A stretch of 64,000 bases of DNA from an uncultured Thermoplasmata archaeon. GTDB taxonomy: Archaea > Thermoplasmatota > Thermoplasmata > UBA10834. The notes below the pieces were generated by a model that saw only the letters and a list, made by a program, of their open reading frames with translations, made no database searches and was not told where the DNA came from. Positions within the stretch are counted from its first letter, which is position 1. The number at the start of each line of letters is the position of its first letter. The position numbers and the translations under genes are program-made. Shown piece after piece: positions 1 through 9,032 of this stretch. Location: NCBI GenBank assembly GCA_964644565.1, contig CAZXWO010000003.1, positions 4,613-68,612 of the forward strand, written 5' to 3'.

Positions 1-431
1 CGAGCAACGTGGCACCGGCCAGCGAGGTCGGCGTCGAGATAGACCAGGCGTACCTCGGCTCCTGCACCAACGGCAGGATAGAGGATATGAGGGTCGCGGC
101 CGCAATCCTCAAGGGGAGGAAGGTCAAGGAAGGCGTGAGGTTACTCGTGGTCCCGGCGAGCAAGCAGGTATTCGACCAGGCCTCCGCGGAAGGGCTGTTC
201 AAGGTCTTCTCGGACGCCGGGGCGTTCATATCCGGCCCGACCTGCGGGGCGTGCCTAGGCGGGTACATGGGGGTGCTGGCCCCGGGCGAGAGGTGCGTGA
301 GCACCACCAACAGGAACTTCGTGGGCAGGATGGGGCACAAGGACTCCGAGGTGTACCTCGCGAGCCCCGCGGTCGTCGCTGCCAGCGCGGTCGCAGGAAG
401 GATAGTAGACCCGTCGGAGGTGGTCGGATGA
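1..431 (+). CDS. leuC: 3-isopropylmalate dehydratase / homoaconitase large subunit (aconitase family), C-terminal fragment cut by the window edge
   Basis: The ORF is open to the left edge (track 9..431). It carries the aconitase-family motifs [12 protein letters not shown] and [12 protein letters not shown]. Its TGA overlaps the ATG of the next gene (ATGA). Leu versus homoaconitase paralogy cannot be resolved by eye. Confidence 0.85.
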   Translation, partial: SNVAPASEVGVEIDQAYLGSCTNGRIEDMRVAAAILKGRKVKEGVRLLVVPASKQVFDQASAEGLFKVFSDAGAFISGPTCGACLGGYMGVLAPGERCVSTTNRNFVGRMGHKDSEVYLASPAVVAASAVAGRIVDPSEVVG

Positions 432-925
432 AGGAGCACTTCAAGGGCAGCGCGTGGACCTTCGGAGACAACGTCGACACGGACCAGATCATACCGGCGG
501 AGCACCTCGTCACCATGGACAACAAGGAGCTGGCCAAGTACGCATTCTCCAAGGTCGTCCCAGACTTCCCCCAGAGGGTGAGGATGGGGGACGTCGTCGT
601 GGCGGGCAGGAACTTCGGCTGCGGCTCGAGCAGGGAGCATGCGCCGAGGGCGCTCATGGGCGCAGGGGTGTCCTGCGTAGTCGCGGAGTCGTTCGCGCGG
701 ATATTCTTCAGGAACTCGATCAACATCGGCCTGCCCCTCGTCGAGGCGAAGCTGGCGGCGAAGGACGGGGACGTCGTGAGCGTCAACCTCGGGAAGGGCG
801 TCGTCAGGAACGAGTCGACGGGCGAGGAGGCCGCGTTCGCCAGCTACCCGCCCTTCATCATGATGCTCATAGAGAAGGGGGGCCTGGTCCCCTACACGAA
901 GGAGAGGCTCGGTTGCAGAAGGTAG
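428..925 (+). CDS. leuD: 3-isopropylmalate dehydratase / homoaconitase small subunit
   Basis: Starts at an internal ATG at 428 of track ORF 251..925. [24 protein letters not shown] and [10 protein letters not shown] are typical small-subunit motifs. Confidence 0.88.
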   Translation: MKEHFKGSAWTFGDNVDTDQIIPAEHLVTMDNKELAKYAFSKVVPDFPQRVRMGDVVVAGRNFGCGSSREHAPRALMGAGVSCVVAESFARIFFRNSINIGLPLVEAKLAAKDGDVVSVNLGKGVVRNESTGEEAAFASYPPFIMMLIEKGGLVPYTKERLGCRR

Positions 926-2034
926 GCGTCATACCCGGGGACGGCATAGGCCCCGAGGTCATCAGAGAGGCCCGGAAGGTGCTGGGCGTCGCGTGCGAGA
1001 GGAGAGGCATAGACATCGACTTCGAAGAGTTCCCGCTGGGTGCGGCGCACCACCTCAGGACCGGCGAGGTGCTCTCCGACGAGACCCTGTCGAGGCTCGG
1101 CGAGAAGGACGCGATACTGTTGGGCGCGATGGGCGACCCCCGCGTGAAGCCAGGGGTCCTCGAGAAGGGCGTCCTCCTCAGGCTCAGGTTCCACTTCGAC
1201 CAGTACGTCAACCTCAGGCCCGTGCAGCTCTTCGAAGGCGTGCCGTGCCCGCTCGCCGGAGGCGACCGGAAGGTCGACATGTTCTTCGTCAGGGAGAACA
1301 CGGAGGACTTCTACGTGGGCCTGGGCGGCAGGGTCGGGAAGGGCAGGTCGCGGACGGAGCTGGAGCTCGTGAGGAGGGCCTACGAGGCGAAGTTCGACGT
1401 CGGCATCGACCTCAGGGACGAGGAGGAGCTGGCGTACCAGATAGGCGTCGTGACCAAGGGCGGCGCGGACCGGGTCGTGGACTTCGCGTTCCATCTGGCG
1501 AAGGAGAGAGGGCTGGACCTCGTCACATCCGTGGACAAGGCGAACGTCCTCACCGAGGTGTACGGGCTCTGGCGCGAAGCGGTCGAGCGCGCGTCCAAGA
1601 GATACGGGATCGCCAAGGAGTTCCTCTACGTCGACGCGGTCGCGCTCCACATGGTCAGGAACCCGGAGCGGTTCAAGGTGCTCGTGACGCCGAACCTCTT
1701 CGGGGACATACTCACGGACCTGGGGGCGGCGCTGCAGGGGGGCCTCGGGTTCGCCCCTTCGGGGAACATCAACCCCAAGGGGATCAGCATGTTCGAACCC
1801 GTCCACGGCTCCGCCCCAGACATCGCAGGCAAGGGACTCGCCAACCCGGTCGGGGCGATACTGTCCTCGGCCCTGATGCTCCAAACCCTGGGGCACAGGG
1901 AGGCCGCTGCTGAGGTCGAGCGCGCCGTCCGGGAGGTGCTGGCGGGCGGGAAGCACATGACCGCGGACATAGGGGGAAGGACTTCGACCTCCGCGGTGGG
2001 CGACGCGGTGGCGGCGAGGCTGAAGGCGTTCTGA
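913..2034 (+). CDS. leuB: 3-isopropylmalate / homoisocitrate dehydrogenase family protein
   Basis: Homology within track ORF 454..2034 begins at [27 protein letters not shown] lies near the C-terminus. The proposed TTG start at 913 overlaps the leuD end, and the exact start is uncertain. Confidence 0.82.
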   Translation: MQKVGVIPGDGIGPEVIREARKVLGVACERRGIDIDFEEFPLGAAHHLRTGEVLSDETLSRLGEKDAILLGAMGDPRVKPGVLEKGVLLRLRFHFDQYVNLRPVQLFEGVPCPLAGGDRKVDMFFVRENTEDFYVGLGGRVGKGRSRTELELVRRAYEAKFDVGIDLRDEEELAYQIGVVTKGGADRVVDFAFHLAKERGLDLVTSVDKANVLTEVYGLWREAVERASKRYGIAKEFLYVDAVALHMVRNPERFKVLVTPNLFGDILTDLGAALQGGLGFAPSGNINPKGISMFEPVHGSAPDIAGKGLANPVGAILSSALMLQTLGHREAAAEVERAVREVLAGGKHMTADIGGRTSTSAVGDAVAARLKAF

Positions 2035-2121
2035 CCGACGTATGGGCGTCCACTGGCCTCAGGCGCACAAGGATAAGTACGAGCTCGCCCTAAGGATTGG
2101 GCAGAGCGTGGGGGAGGTAGC

Positions 2122-3300
2122 ATGAAGGTACTTGTGGTCGGCGCGTCCGGACAGATGGGCGCCATGACGGTGAAGGACCTGGTGGAGTCGTACGGTGCGG
2201 ACGTGGTCGCTGGAGACCTAAGCCTCGAGCGCGCGAGGAGGGTGGCCGAATCGGTGTCGAAGGAGCACGTGACCCCGGTCAAACTGGACGCCACGGACAA
2301 GGACGACCTCAGGAAGGCCGCCAAGGGCGCGGACGTGGTCCTAAACTCAGCGTGGTACGAGCTGAACATCAAGGTCATGCCCGTCGCCATCGACCTCGGG
2401 GCGCACTACGGCGACCTCGGCGGGTTCTACGACTTCACCTTCCAGCAGCTCAAGTACGACAGGAAGGCCAAGGACGCCGGCGTCACGTGCGTCCTGGGCA
2501 TAGGCTCCTCCCCCGGCATCACCAACATATGCGGAGCGGCCGGGGCGAAGAGGCTGGACACGGTCGACACCATCAACATATACTGCACGTGGGGGACCAG
2601 GGCCAGGAGCGACAGGGCGGCCATGCCCTCCTACTCTGTCAGGACCGTGCTCGACGAACTGACCCAGGAACCGCCCGTCGTCAAGGACGGCGTCAAGACA
2701 AGGATGCCCGTGCTGTCAGGGGGGACGGAGGTCTGGATGCCGGAGCCAGCGGGGAAGGTGACGGCCTACTACATCAAGCACTCCGAGCCGGCCACGATGG
2801 CGGACTTCATCGGCAAGGGGACCAAGAACGTCAGCTTCAGGATTGGCTTCCCGCCGAACGACTTCGCGACCTTCAAGACGCTGGCCCAGCTCGGCTTCGG
2901 GAGCGAGAAGGACATAGACGTCCGGGGGAAGAGGGTGTCCCCCAAGGAGTTCATCACCTCGATGTACCTGGACGCGGTCGCGTCATCCAGGGACTCGGCG
3001 GAGGTGGTCGACGAGTACGACTTCTTCAGGGTGGACGTGCTTGGGGAGAAGGACGGCACCCCTGCAGAGGCCACCTACTTCGTCAAGACCTGGAACGACA
3101 GGAAGACGGGTGCCCCCTCGGGCAGGGACACCGCGGTCCCCCCCTCGATCACCGCCCACTGGCTCGCCAAGGGCAAGATCAAGGCGAGGGGCACGCTGCC
3201 GCCCGAGGCATGCATTGAACCAGAGCCGTTCTTCAGGGAGCTCGGCAAGCGGGGCATACAGGTGGAGGAGGAGGTCCAGTCCTCCCGCCGGTTCTACTGA
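2122..3300 (+). CDS. saccharopine dehydrogenase-like NAD(P)-binding protein
   Basis: Has an MKVLVVGASGQMG Rossmann start and a saccharopine-dehydrogenase-like layout. A purine-rich gggggagg sits just upstream of the ATG. Confidence 0.75.
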   Translation: MKVLVVGASGQMGAMTVKDLVESYGADVVAGDLSLERARRVAESVSKEHVTPVKLDATDKDDLRKAAKGADVVLNSAWYELNIKVMPVAIDLGAHYGDLGGFYDFTFQQLKYDRKAKDAGVTCVLGIGSSPGITNICGAAGAKRLDTVDTINIYCTWGTRARSDRAAMPSYSVRTVLDELTQEPPVVKDGVKTRMPVLSGGTEVWMPEPAGKVTAYYIKHSEPATMADFIGKGTKNVSFRIGFPPNDFATFKTLAQLGFGSEKDIDVRGKRVSPKEFITSMYLDAVASSRDSAEVVDEYDFFRVDVLGEKDGTPAEATYFVKTWNDRKTGAPSGRDTAVPPSITAHWLAKGKIKARGTLPPEACIEPEPFFRELGKRGIQVEEEVQSSRRFY

Positions 3301-3397
3301 TGTCCCGATGCGCGACTCCTCAAACCCCTTGTTCGCACTATTCTGAGCATACTTCTAAATAGCCATAACTCGTTTTGAATTAAAAAGGGCAGTAGAG

Positions 3398-4858
3398 GTG
3401 GATGGGATGTCACCGCAGGTTTTGCCAGTTCAGAAGCAGAAGGCCACAGAGATCGGGGAGTTCCTCACGAACAACGTGTCGAGGGCCGTCGTGTACGCGC
3501 TCCTGCACAGGCAGCCGCTCACGAGGAGGGAGATCGAGCGCGACCCGATGACAGACTCGATGAGGAGGCTGTCCCTGAGCGCACAGACCAGGTCCCTCAA
3601 GGACAAGTCGACCGTCCAGATGAGGACCCTGCTGGCGAAGGGCGTCGACTGCGGCGTCCTCCTCCCCGTCACCTCCAAGAGGCAGAACTACTACTTCCTC
3701 AACTCCGACCTCAGGATCGAGCCCGCACCCGTGCGCGACGCCAGCGAGGAGGAGGACGAGGTCGCCCTCAACGTCTTCCTGGACAGGACCTTCGCCCACA
3801 CGCCCGGGCAGGCGGTGCTGCCCGCGTGGGGCACGGCGGCGGACCACACCATCCTCCCGGTGCCGTTCATCGACTCGCCCAAGACCTTCGTCCTGTGGCT
3901 GAGCTGGTTGATCACCCCCACGAGGAGGAAGGTGCTGAGCTACATCGGCCACCACGGCGAGGTCACCAGGCCCGAGCTGCGGAAGGACCTGGGGTTCTGG
4001 GCGGACAGGATAGTCTCGAAGGAGGGCGTCCCGAGCGGTGTGCTGGAGAGGACGGACGGCAAGATACGCTACCAGTTCTCCGAGTTCTCGTTCTCGAAGC
4101 TCAAGGTCAAGAGGGAGGACGAACCAGGCAAGAGGAAGCCGTGGACCACCTACCCGCCGTCCTTCTGGATGACCAGGTCCTATGAGCCGATCCGCTGCAT
4201 CATGGGGGCGTCCAGGTACCTGGGCGACTCCAAGCCCAACGCAACCCCGGCCCAGGTCCTCGAGGAGATGGCCAAGGGGGACCTCACCATCGTGGACAGG
4301 AACAGGAAGGAGTTCCTCGAGGTCAACTTCCTGGAGAGGATGAGCTTCTACGCGATCTACCACTCGTCGGGCGACCCCGCGGTCAAGATCTCCGCGGAGA
4401 CCCTCGTCCCCGAGAAGGTGACCTTCAACTCCCCCGAGCACCCGATGCTCTGGGTCATGAGGACCGACGAGGAGCACGCCGGGGCGAGGCTCCAGTTCAA
4501 GGACGAGGCGGCCAAGATGCTCCTGTCCAAGAAGACGAAGGAGGAGCAGGTCGCGTTCCTGGAGAAGATGATGCTCGACATCGCGATGGAGCGCATAGGC
4601 AAGAGGCTGGAGGCGCACGAGGCCGCCCTTGCAGGGGACCTGGACAAGCTCAGGATGGAGTCGTTCGGGCTCGGTGCTGAGTCGATCGGGGCGGTGGCGA
4701 ACCTGGAGAACGAGAGGGAAAGCGTCCTGAGGGAGAAGATGTACTTCGAGAAGTTCATGAACATATTGCTCCCTGGCTCCATCAAGAAGTCGAAGAAGAA
4801 GACGCCCGAAGAGGAGATCTCGGAGATAGACAGGGAGCAGGGAAGGGGCTCTGAGTAG
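3398..4858 (+). CDS. hypothetical protein with two winged-helix-like modules and a charged coiled-coil C-terminus
   Basis: Amino-acid composition is balanced, whereas the antisense ORF 3410..4897 is R/G/P/H-rich. It contains the wHTH-like segments VVYALLHRQPLTRREIERD and RRKVLSYIGHHGEVTRPELRKDLG. An AT-rich spacer lies upstream. Confidence 0.6.
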   Translation: MDGMSPQVLPVQKQKATEIGEFLTNNVSRAVVYALLHRQPLTRREIERDPMTDSMRRLSLSAQTRSLKDKSTVQMRTLLAKGVDCGVLLPVTSKRQNYYFLNSDLRIEPAPVRDASEEEDEVALNVFLDRTFAHTPGQAVLPAWGTAADHTILPVPFIDSPKTFVLWLSWLITPTRRKVLSYIGHHGEVTRPELRKDLGFWADRIVSKEGVPSGVLERTDGKIRYQFSEFSFSKLKVKREDEPGKRKPWTTYPPSFWMTRSYEPIRCIMGASRYLGDSKPNATPAQVLEEMAKGDLTIVDRNRKEFLEVNFLERMSFYAIYHSSGDPAVKISAETLVPEKVTFNSPEHPMLWVMRTDEEHAGARLQFKDEAAKMLLSKKTKEEQVAFLEKMMLDIAMERIGKRLEAHEAALAGDLDKLRMESFGLGAESIGAVANLENERESVLREKMYFEKFMNILLPGSIKKSKKKTPEEEISEIDREQGRGSE

Positions 4859-4987
4859 GCGACCCCCCTCCCCCGCCAAGGACAACTTACGGTTCACGAG
4901 GTCCTATAAGCGGTCGCCGACTGCACATCTGGCCTCCGTCCGAAACGGTATTGTACGACGACAACAATTAGGGAACCGGAACGCCAA

Positions 4988-5037
4988 ACATAAGCACACA
5001 TAAGCAAACATAAGTCGACACTAATATCTCACTTATG
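4988..5037 (+). promoter_or_regulatory. three 10-bp-phased ACATAAG(C/T) direct repeats plus an inverted CTTATG copy flanking a TATA-like TAATAT, upstream of the wHTH gene
   Basis: ACATAAGC occurs at 4988-4995 and 4998-5005, and ACATAAGT at 5008-5015. TAATAT lies at about 5022-5027 and CTTATG at 5032-5037. The ATG is at 5049. Confidence 0.5.
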
Positions 5038-5048
5038 AGTGTGGATCC

Positions 5049-5429
5049 ATGACACTTACGGACCGAGAGAAGCACATCGTGGAGATACTGAGACGCGGCA
5101 TCAACTCCCCCACCCTCCTCGCATCGGAGCTGAAGATAACCCAGTCGGGGGCCACCCAGGCGTTGCAGAAACTAGAGAGGAAGGGGGTGGTCAGGAGGGC
5201 GAAGGTCGGCCGACACGCCCTCTACAGGCTCACCGAGGAGAAACCGGCGGAGGAGCCATCGCCCCTGGACGAGGACCTGGAGCTCATCAAGGAGTCGTAC
5301 CACGCCCTCTCGAAGGTCTGGTCCCACCTCCTCAGGCTGGACCTCTCCCACGAGGAGCTTAAGAAGGTCAGGGATGCGAGGAACCTGCTGGAGGAGATAC
5401 TGGTCAGGCGCGGCAAGAGCCTCGAGTGA
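5049..5429 (+). CDS. small winged-helix (MarR/ArsR-like) transcription regulator
   Basis: KHIVEILRRGINSPTLLASELKITQSGATQALQKLERKGVVRRAKVGRHALYRLT has a classic wHTH layout. The C-terminus is helical. Confidence 0.7.
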   Translation: MTLTDREKHIVEILRRGINSPTLLASELKITQSGATQALQKLERKGVVRRAKVGRHALYRLTEEKPAEEPSPLDEDLELIKESYHALSKVWSHLLRLDLSHEELKKVRDARNLLEEILVRRGKSLE

Positions 5430-5471
5430 GGCGTCTGGCCACCCCAATACGTTGCGGGGAAGCCGTCCCGC

Positions 5472-5849
5472 CTATCTCAGCGCCTCATCAGCCTTCTTCC
5501 GGTTGTCGACGGTCATCACCATCTCGGTGTGGCCGGCGTCCTTGCTGAGGATGAAGATGGAGTCGACGTTCACCATCGCCCTGGCCAGCTTCTTGGCGAC
5601 CTTGCCGAGCTCGCCGGGCTTGTCCGGCAGCCTTATCGAGATGACGTCCCTGAGTTCGTAACTTATCCCGGACCGGGTCAGGGCGGCCTTCGCCGTGGCC
5701 TCGTCGTCGGTCACGACCCTGATCAGGGGCCTCGAGTTGTTCCGCTCGCTGGCGATGCCCTTGATGTTCACGCCGTTGTTCCCGAGGAGTTCGCACACCT
5801 TGGCCAGCTCGCCAGGCTTGTCCTGGACGAAGACATCGAATTCCTTCAA
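5472..5849 (-). CDS. tandem ACT-domain protein
   Basis: Two repeats of the (V)xDKPGEL(A/G)KV pattern are each followed by a beta-alpha-beta-like segment, which is typical of ACT domains. Confidence 0.7.
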   Translation of the reverse strand: MKEFDVFVQDKPGELAKVCELLGNNGVNIKGIASERNNSRPLIRVVTDDEATAKAALTRSGISYELRDVISIRLPDKPGELGKVAKKLARAMVNVDSIFILSKDAGHTEMVMTVDNRKKADEALR

Positions 5850-5925
5850 GTTCCCAGTCCTCGACGTACCTATGACCGAAGCTAGTTAAAAATGGTTCCG
5901 GCACCGATTCCCGCGCCCCGGAAGG

Positions 5926-7056
5926 CTACCCGCCCTTGGGGAGGTGGACCCACCGATTGACCCACCAGTATGCGAGGTATGTCGAGTTCACGGTCACGAG
6001 GGCGAGGACCGCACCGTACCAGAACAGCATGCTGCTGTCCATCCCTCCGAGGGAACCGACGACCGTCGCGATGGTGTTCGGCACCAGCACCGCGGTGCCC
6101 AGGATGGTCAGCCAGGTTATGGTCATCGTCATGCGGTTGTTGAGGGTCTGCAGCTGGTTGTTGTAGAGCGCCTGGAGGACCTCGAGCCCCGATGCCAGGA
6201 CCTCGGACATGTGCTCGCTCAGGGCGATCTGCCTGTTCACGTCCTCCACGAGGAGGCCGACCTTGGCCAGCGTCTTCGGGTTGTCGGCGATGAGCTCCGC
6301 GTCGCCGTACCGGAGCGAATGGAGGACGTCCATGGTCCTCCAGAGCGTGTTCAGGTATGTGATTAGCGCGTGCTTGAGCTCGTAGATCTTCTTGCCGATC
6401 TCCATCCTCGGGGACTCCGGGTTCAGGAGGAGCTCGCTCATGGCGTCCGCCTGCTCCTCTATCTCCCTGACGTGCTCGAAGTTGTGGGAGTTGTTCTCGT
6501 CCAGTATCCTCACGAGCATCAGGGTGAGACGGTCGCTCAGGGGCATGTTCTCAGGGAGCCTCCTCATGAATGAGTCGGCGTACCTGGAGAACAGCACGAG
6601 CCTCTCGACGTCCTTGCTGTGGATCGTGACTATGAGGTCCTTCCGCACCATTATGATGAGCGGGAACGCCTCTACCTTCAGCCCGGACACCTTGACCGCG
6701 GGGACCATGATGCCCATCTCGGTGTCCAGGTCCTCGAAGGACGCGTAGTATCCCTTGAGGAGCGTCGGGACGAGGGAGCCGCTGAACCCGAACTTGACCG
6801 CGAGCTCCGATGCGTCCTTCTCGAGGTCGTCCGCGGTGAAGTTCACCCAGCCGAGGCTCGAGCCCTGGAGGGTCGAGATGAACTCCGCGGGGTTGTTCCC
6901 GTAGATCTTGACTGGCTTGCCCTTGTGTGGCAGGGCGACGCAGATGCCCCTGTACGTCTTTGCCCTGCAAACGTCTTCGTGACCGCGGTCCTTGGAATCA
7001 GGTGCCGCGGTCGCCGCAACAGAATCGGCGCTGTCCTGCAACTGAGTGCCTCCCAT
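5926..7056 (-). CDS. CorA-like divalent cation transporter with non-canonical GMD loop
   Basis: Has a long cytoplasmic domain plus two C-terminal TM helices in the CorA topology. The loop reads GGMDSS instead of YGMN. The start is taken at the internal MGGTQ (7056), and the track ORF extends to 7137. Confidence 0.65.
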   Translation of the reverse strand: MGGTQLQDSADSVAATAAPDSKDRGHEDVCRAKTYRGICVALPHKGKPVKIYGNNPAEFISTLQGSSLGWVNFTADDLEKDASELAVKFGFSGSLVPTLLKGYYASFEDLDTEMGIMVPAVKVSGLKVEAFPLIIMVRKDLIVTIHSKDVERLVLFSRYADSFMRRLPENMPLSDRLTLMLVRILDENNSHNFEHVREIEEQADAMSELLLNPESPRMEIGKKIYELKHALITYLNTLWRTMDVLHSLRYGDAELIADNPKTLAKVGLLVEDVNRQIALSEHMSEVLASGLEVLQALYNNQLQTLNNRMTMTITWLTILGTAVLVPNTIATVVGSLGGMDSSMLFWYGAVLALVTVNSTYLAYWWVNRWVHLPKGG

Positions 7057-7184
7057 CTGCCGTGTCGGACTGGAACCTGTATGGCCCCACGTCCATGTAT
7101 ATTTCGCTCCCTCCCGGGCGCCTGGGGGGACATGCATCCTTTTAATACGGGCCTCGTCATTTCAACGGCGGTTAGGCGGTTAAG

Positions 7185-9023
7185 ATGAGGGTACTCCTCA
7201 TTCACGCGGACAGGTTCGAATACGAGATCAAAGACCCGACCAAGATGGCGGAGGAGCTGCCGCAGGGGGCTCCCAGGAAGCACGCGTTCCAGGAGCCTCT
7301 GGTTGTCTTCACCACGGTCGAGTCCTCGGATGCCAACGCCGAGGCGGTCGCGGAGGTCGCGGCGTCCGACGTCGCGGAGGTCTTCTCCAAGGTGGAGGCG
7401 AGGAGCGTCGTCCTCTACCCTTACGCGCACCTGAGCTCTGACCTTGCTGGACCCGCGCAGGCCATCTCGGTCCTGAAGGCCACGGAGGCGGCCATCTCCT
7501 CGAAGGGCATCGATGTCCACAGGTCTCCGTTCGGCTGGTACAAGGGCTTCGAGATCAAGTGCAAGGGCCACCCGCTCTCGGAGCTGTCGAGGGAGTTCGG
7601 CGCCGAGCCTGGGAAGACGAGGGAGGACGTCGTCGAGAAGATCACGAGCGAGCTGTTCGTCCTCACGCCCGAGGGCGAGGAGCTCCCCTTGGACCTCGAG
7701 AACGTCGACTCGATGACGTTCCTGGACAAGTACCCGTCCCTGAAGACTTTCATCATCTCCGAGGAGGTGGGGAGGTCCAAGGGCGTGGAGCCACCGTCCA
7801 TCAAGGCCATGCAGAGGCTCGAGCTCGTCGACTACGAGGAGGCGAGCGACAGGGGCCACTTCAGGATGTTCCCGAAGGGGCACCTGATATTCAGCCTCCT
7901 CGAGAGCTGGGCCGAGGAGATAGCCCTGGACAGGATCGGCGCGGTCCAGATAGACACGCCCATCCTGTACGACTGGTCCATGCCCGACATCAGGAGCCAG
8001 GGCATGTCGTTCCACGAGAGGCACTACACCCTCAAGACGGACGAGAAGAGGGAGTTCGTGCTGAGGTTCGCCGGCGACTTCGGCCTGTTCAGGATGCTCA
8101 AGGGCGCCACCCTGAGCTACAGGAACCTCCCCCTGAGGGTCTACGAGTTCTCCAAGAGCTTCAGGCTGGAGCAGAGGGGCGAGCTCACCGGCCTCAAGAG
8201 GCTCCGGGCGTTCCACATGCCGGACGTGCACTGCTTCGTCGCCGACATCGACGACGGGTGGAAGGAGTACATGCTCCTCTACCGAAGCTACGCGGACCTC
8301 GCGGACGCCACCGGCGTCGAGTACGCGGTCGCGTTCAGGATCGTGAAGGAGTTCTACGACAAGTACAAGCAGAACATCGTCGAACTCCTGAAGTACTCGG
8401 AGAAGCCGGCCCTGATCGAGGTCCTGTCCGAGATGAAGCACTACTGGGCGGTGAAGCACGAGTTCCAGGGCATAGACTCCGTCGGCGGGGCCGTCCAGCT
8501 CAGCACCGTCCAGCTCGACGTCGAGGACGCCGAGAGGTACGGCATCGTCTACACGGACGCCGATGGGAAGAAGCGCGGCTGCATCATCACACACTCGTCG
8601 ATAGGCTCGATAGAGCGCTGGATGTACGTCCTGCTCGAGGAGGCTCTCAAGCACGAGAAGCCCAGCCTGCCGTTCTGGCTCTCCCCCACCCAGGTGAGAC
8701 TGATACCGGTGAGCAAGGACTTCGTGGCCGACTGCAACGCGCTCGCCGACTCCCTCCCAGGCAGGGTCGACATAGACGACACCGACGACAAGGTCGGGAA
8801 GAAGATCAGGGGCGCGGAGATGGAATGGGTCCCGATGATCGTGGTCCTGGGCGAGAAGGAGAGGGCCTCCGAGAAGATACCCGTGAGGCTGCGCTCGGGC
8901 GAGGTCAGGGATATGACCAGGGCCGAGATCGTCGGGGAGATGGAGGCGCTGACCAAGGGCTACCCGAAGGCCAGGCTCCCGCTCCCGAGGTTGCTCTCGA
9001 AGAGGCCCGTGTTCAGGGGCTGA
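7185..9023 (+). CDS. thrS: threonyl-tRNA synthetase, archaeal type with N-terminal editing domain
   Basis: MRVLLIHADRFEYEIKD is the archaeal ThrRS editing-domain N-terminus. It is followed by a class II core (FRLEQRGELTGLKRLRAFHMPD) and a C-terminal anticodon-binding domain. Confidence 0.95.
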   Translation: MRVLLIHADRFEYEIKDPTKMAEELPQGAPRKHAFQEPLVVFTTVESSDANAEAVAEVAASDVAEVFSKVEARSVVLYPYAHLSSDLAGPAQAISVLKATEAAISSKGIDVHRSPFGWYKGFEIKCKGHPLSELSREFGAEPGKTREDVVEKITSELFVLTPEGEELPLDLENVDSMTFLDKYPSLKTFIISEEVGRSKGVEPPSIKAMQRLELVDYEEASDRGHFRMFPKGHLIFSLLESWAEEIALDRIGAVQIDTPILYDWSMPDIRSQGMSFHERHYTLKTDEKREFVLRFAGDFGLFRMLKGATLSYRNLPLRVYEFSKSFRLEQRGELTGLKRLRAFHMPDVHCFVADIDDGWKEYMLLYRSYADLADATGVEYAVAFRIVKEFYDKYKQNIVELLKYSEKPALIEVLSEMKHYWAVKHEFQGIDSVGGAVQLSTVQLDVEDAERYGIVYTDADGKKRGCIITHSSIGSIERWMYVLLEEALKHEKPSLPFWLSPTQVRLIPVSKDFVADCNALADSLPGRVDIDDTDDKVGKKIRGAEMEWVPMIVVLGEKERASEKIPVRLRSGEVRDMTRAEIVGEMEALTKGYPKARLPLPRLLSKRPVFRG

Positions 9024-9032
9024 CCCCCGACC

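Noticed and set aside
3410-4897. 495-aa ORF on the minus strand, antisense to the 3398..4858 gene
   Set aside because: Its composition is dominated by R, G, P, L, H, D, E and V, as expected for a stop-free antisense frame in high-GC DNA. The plus-strand product has normal composition (K, I, F, N, Y present) and wHTH-like motifs.
6843-8654. 603-aa minus-strand ORF overlapping thrS
   Set aside because: It is the mirror frame of an unambiguous threonyl-tRNA synthetase and has R/G/P/L/H-rich composition. It is a GC artefact.
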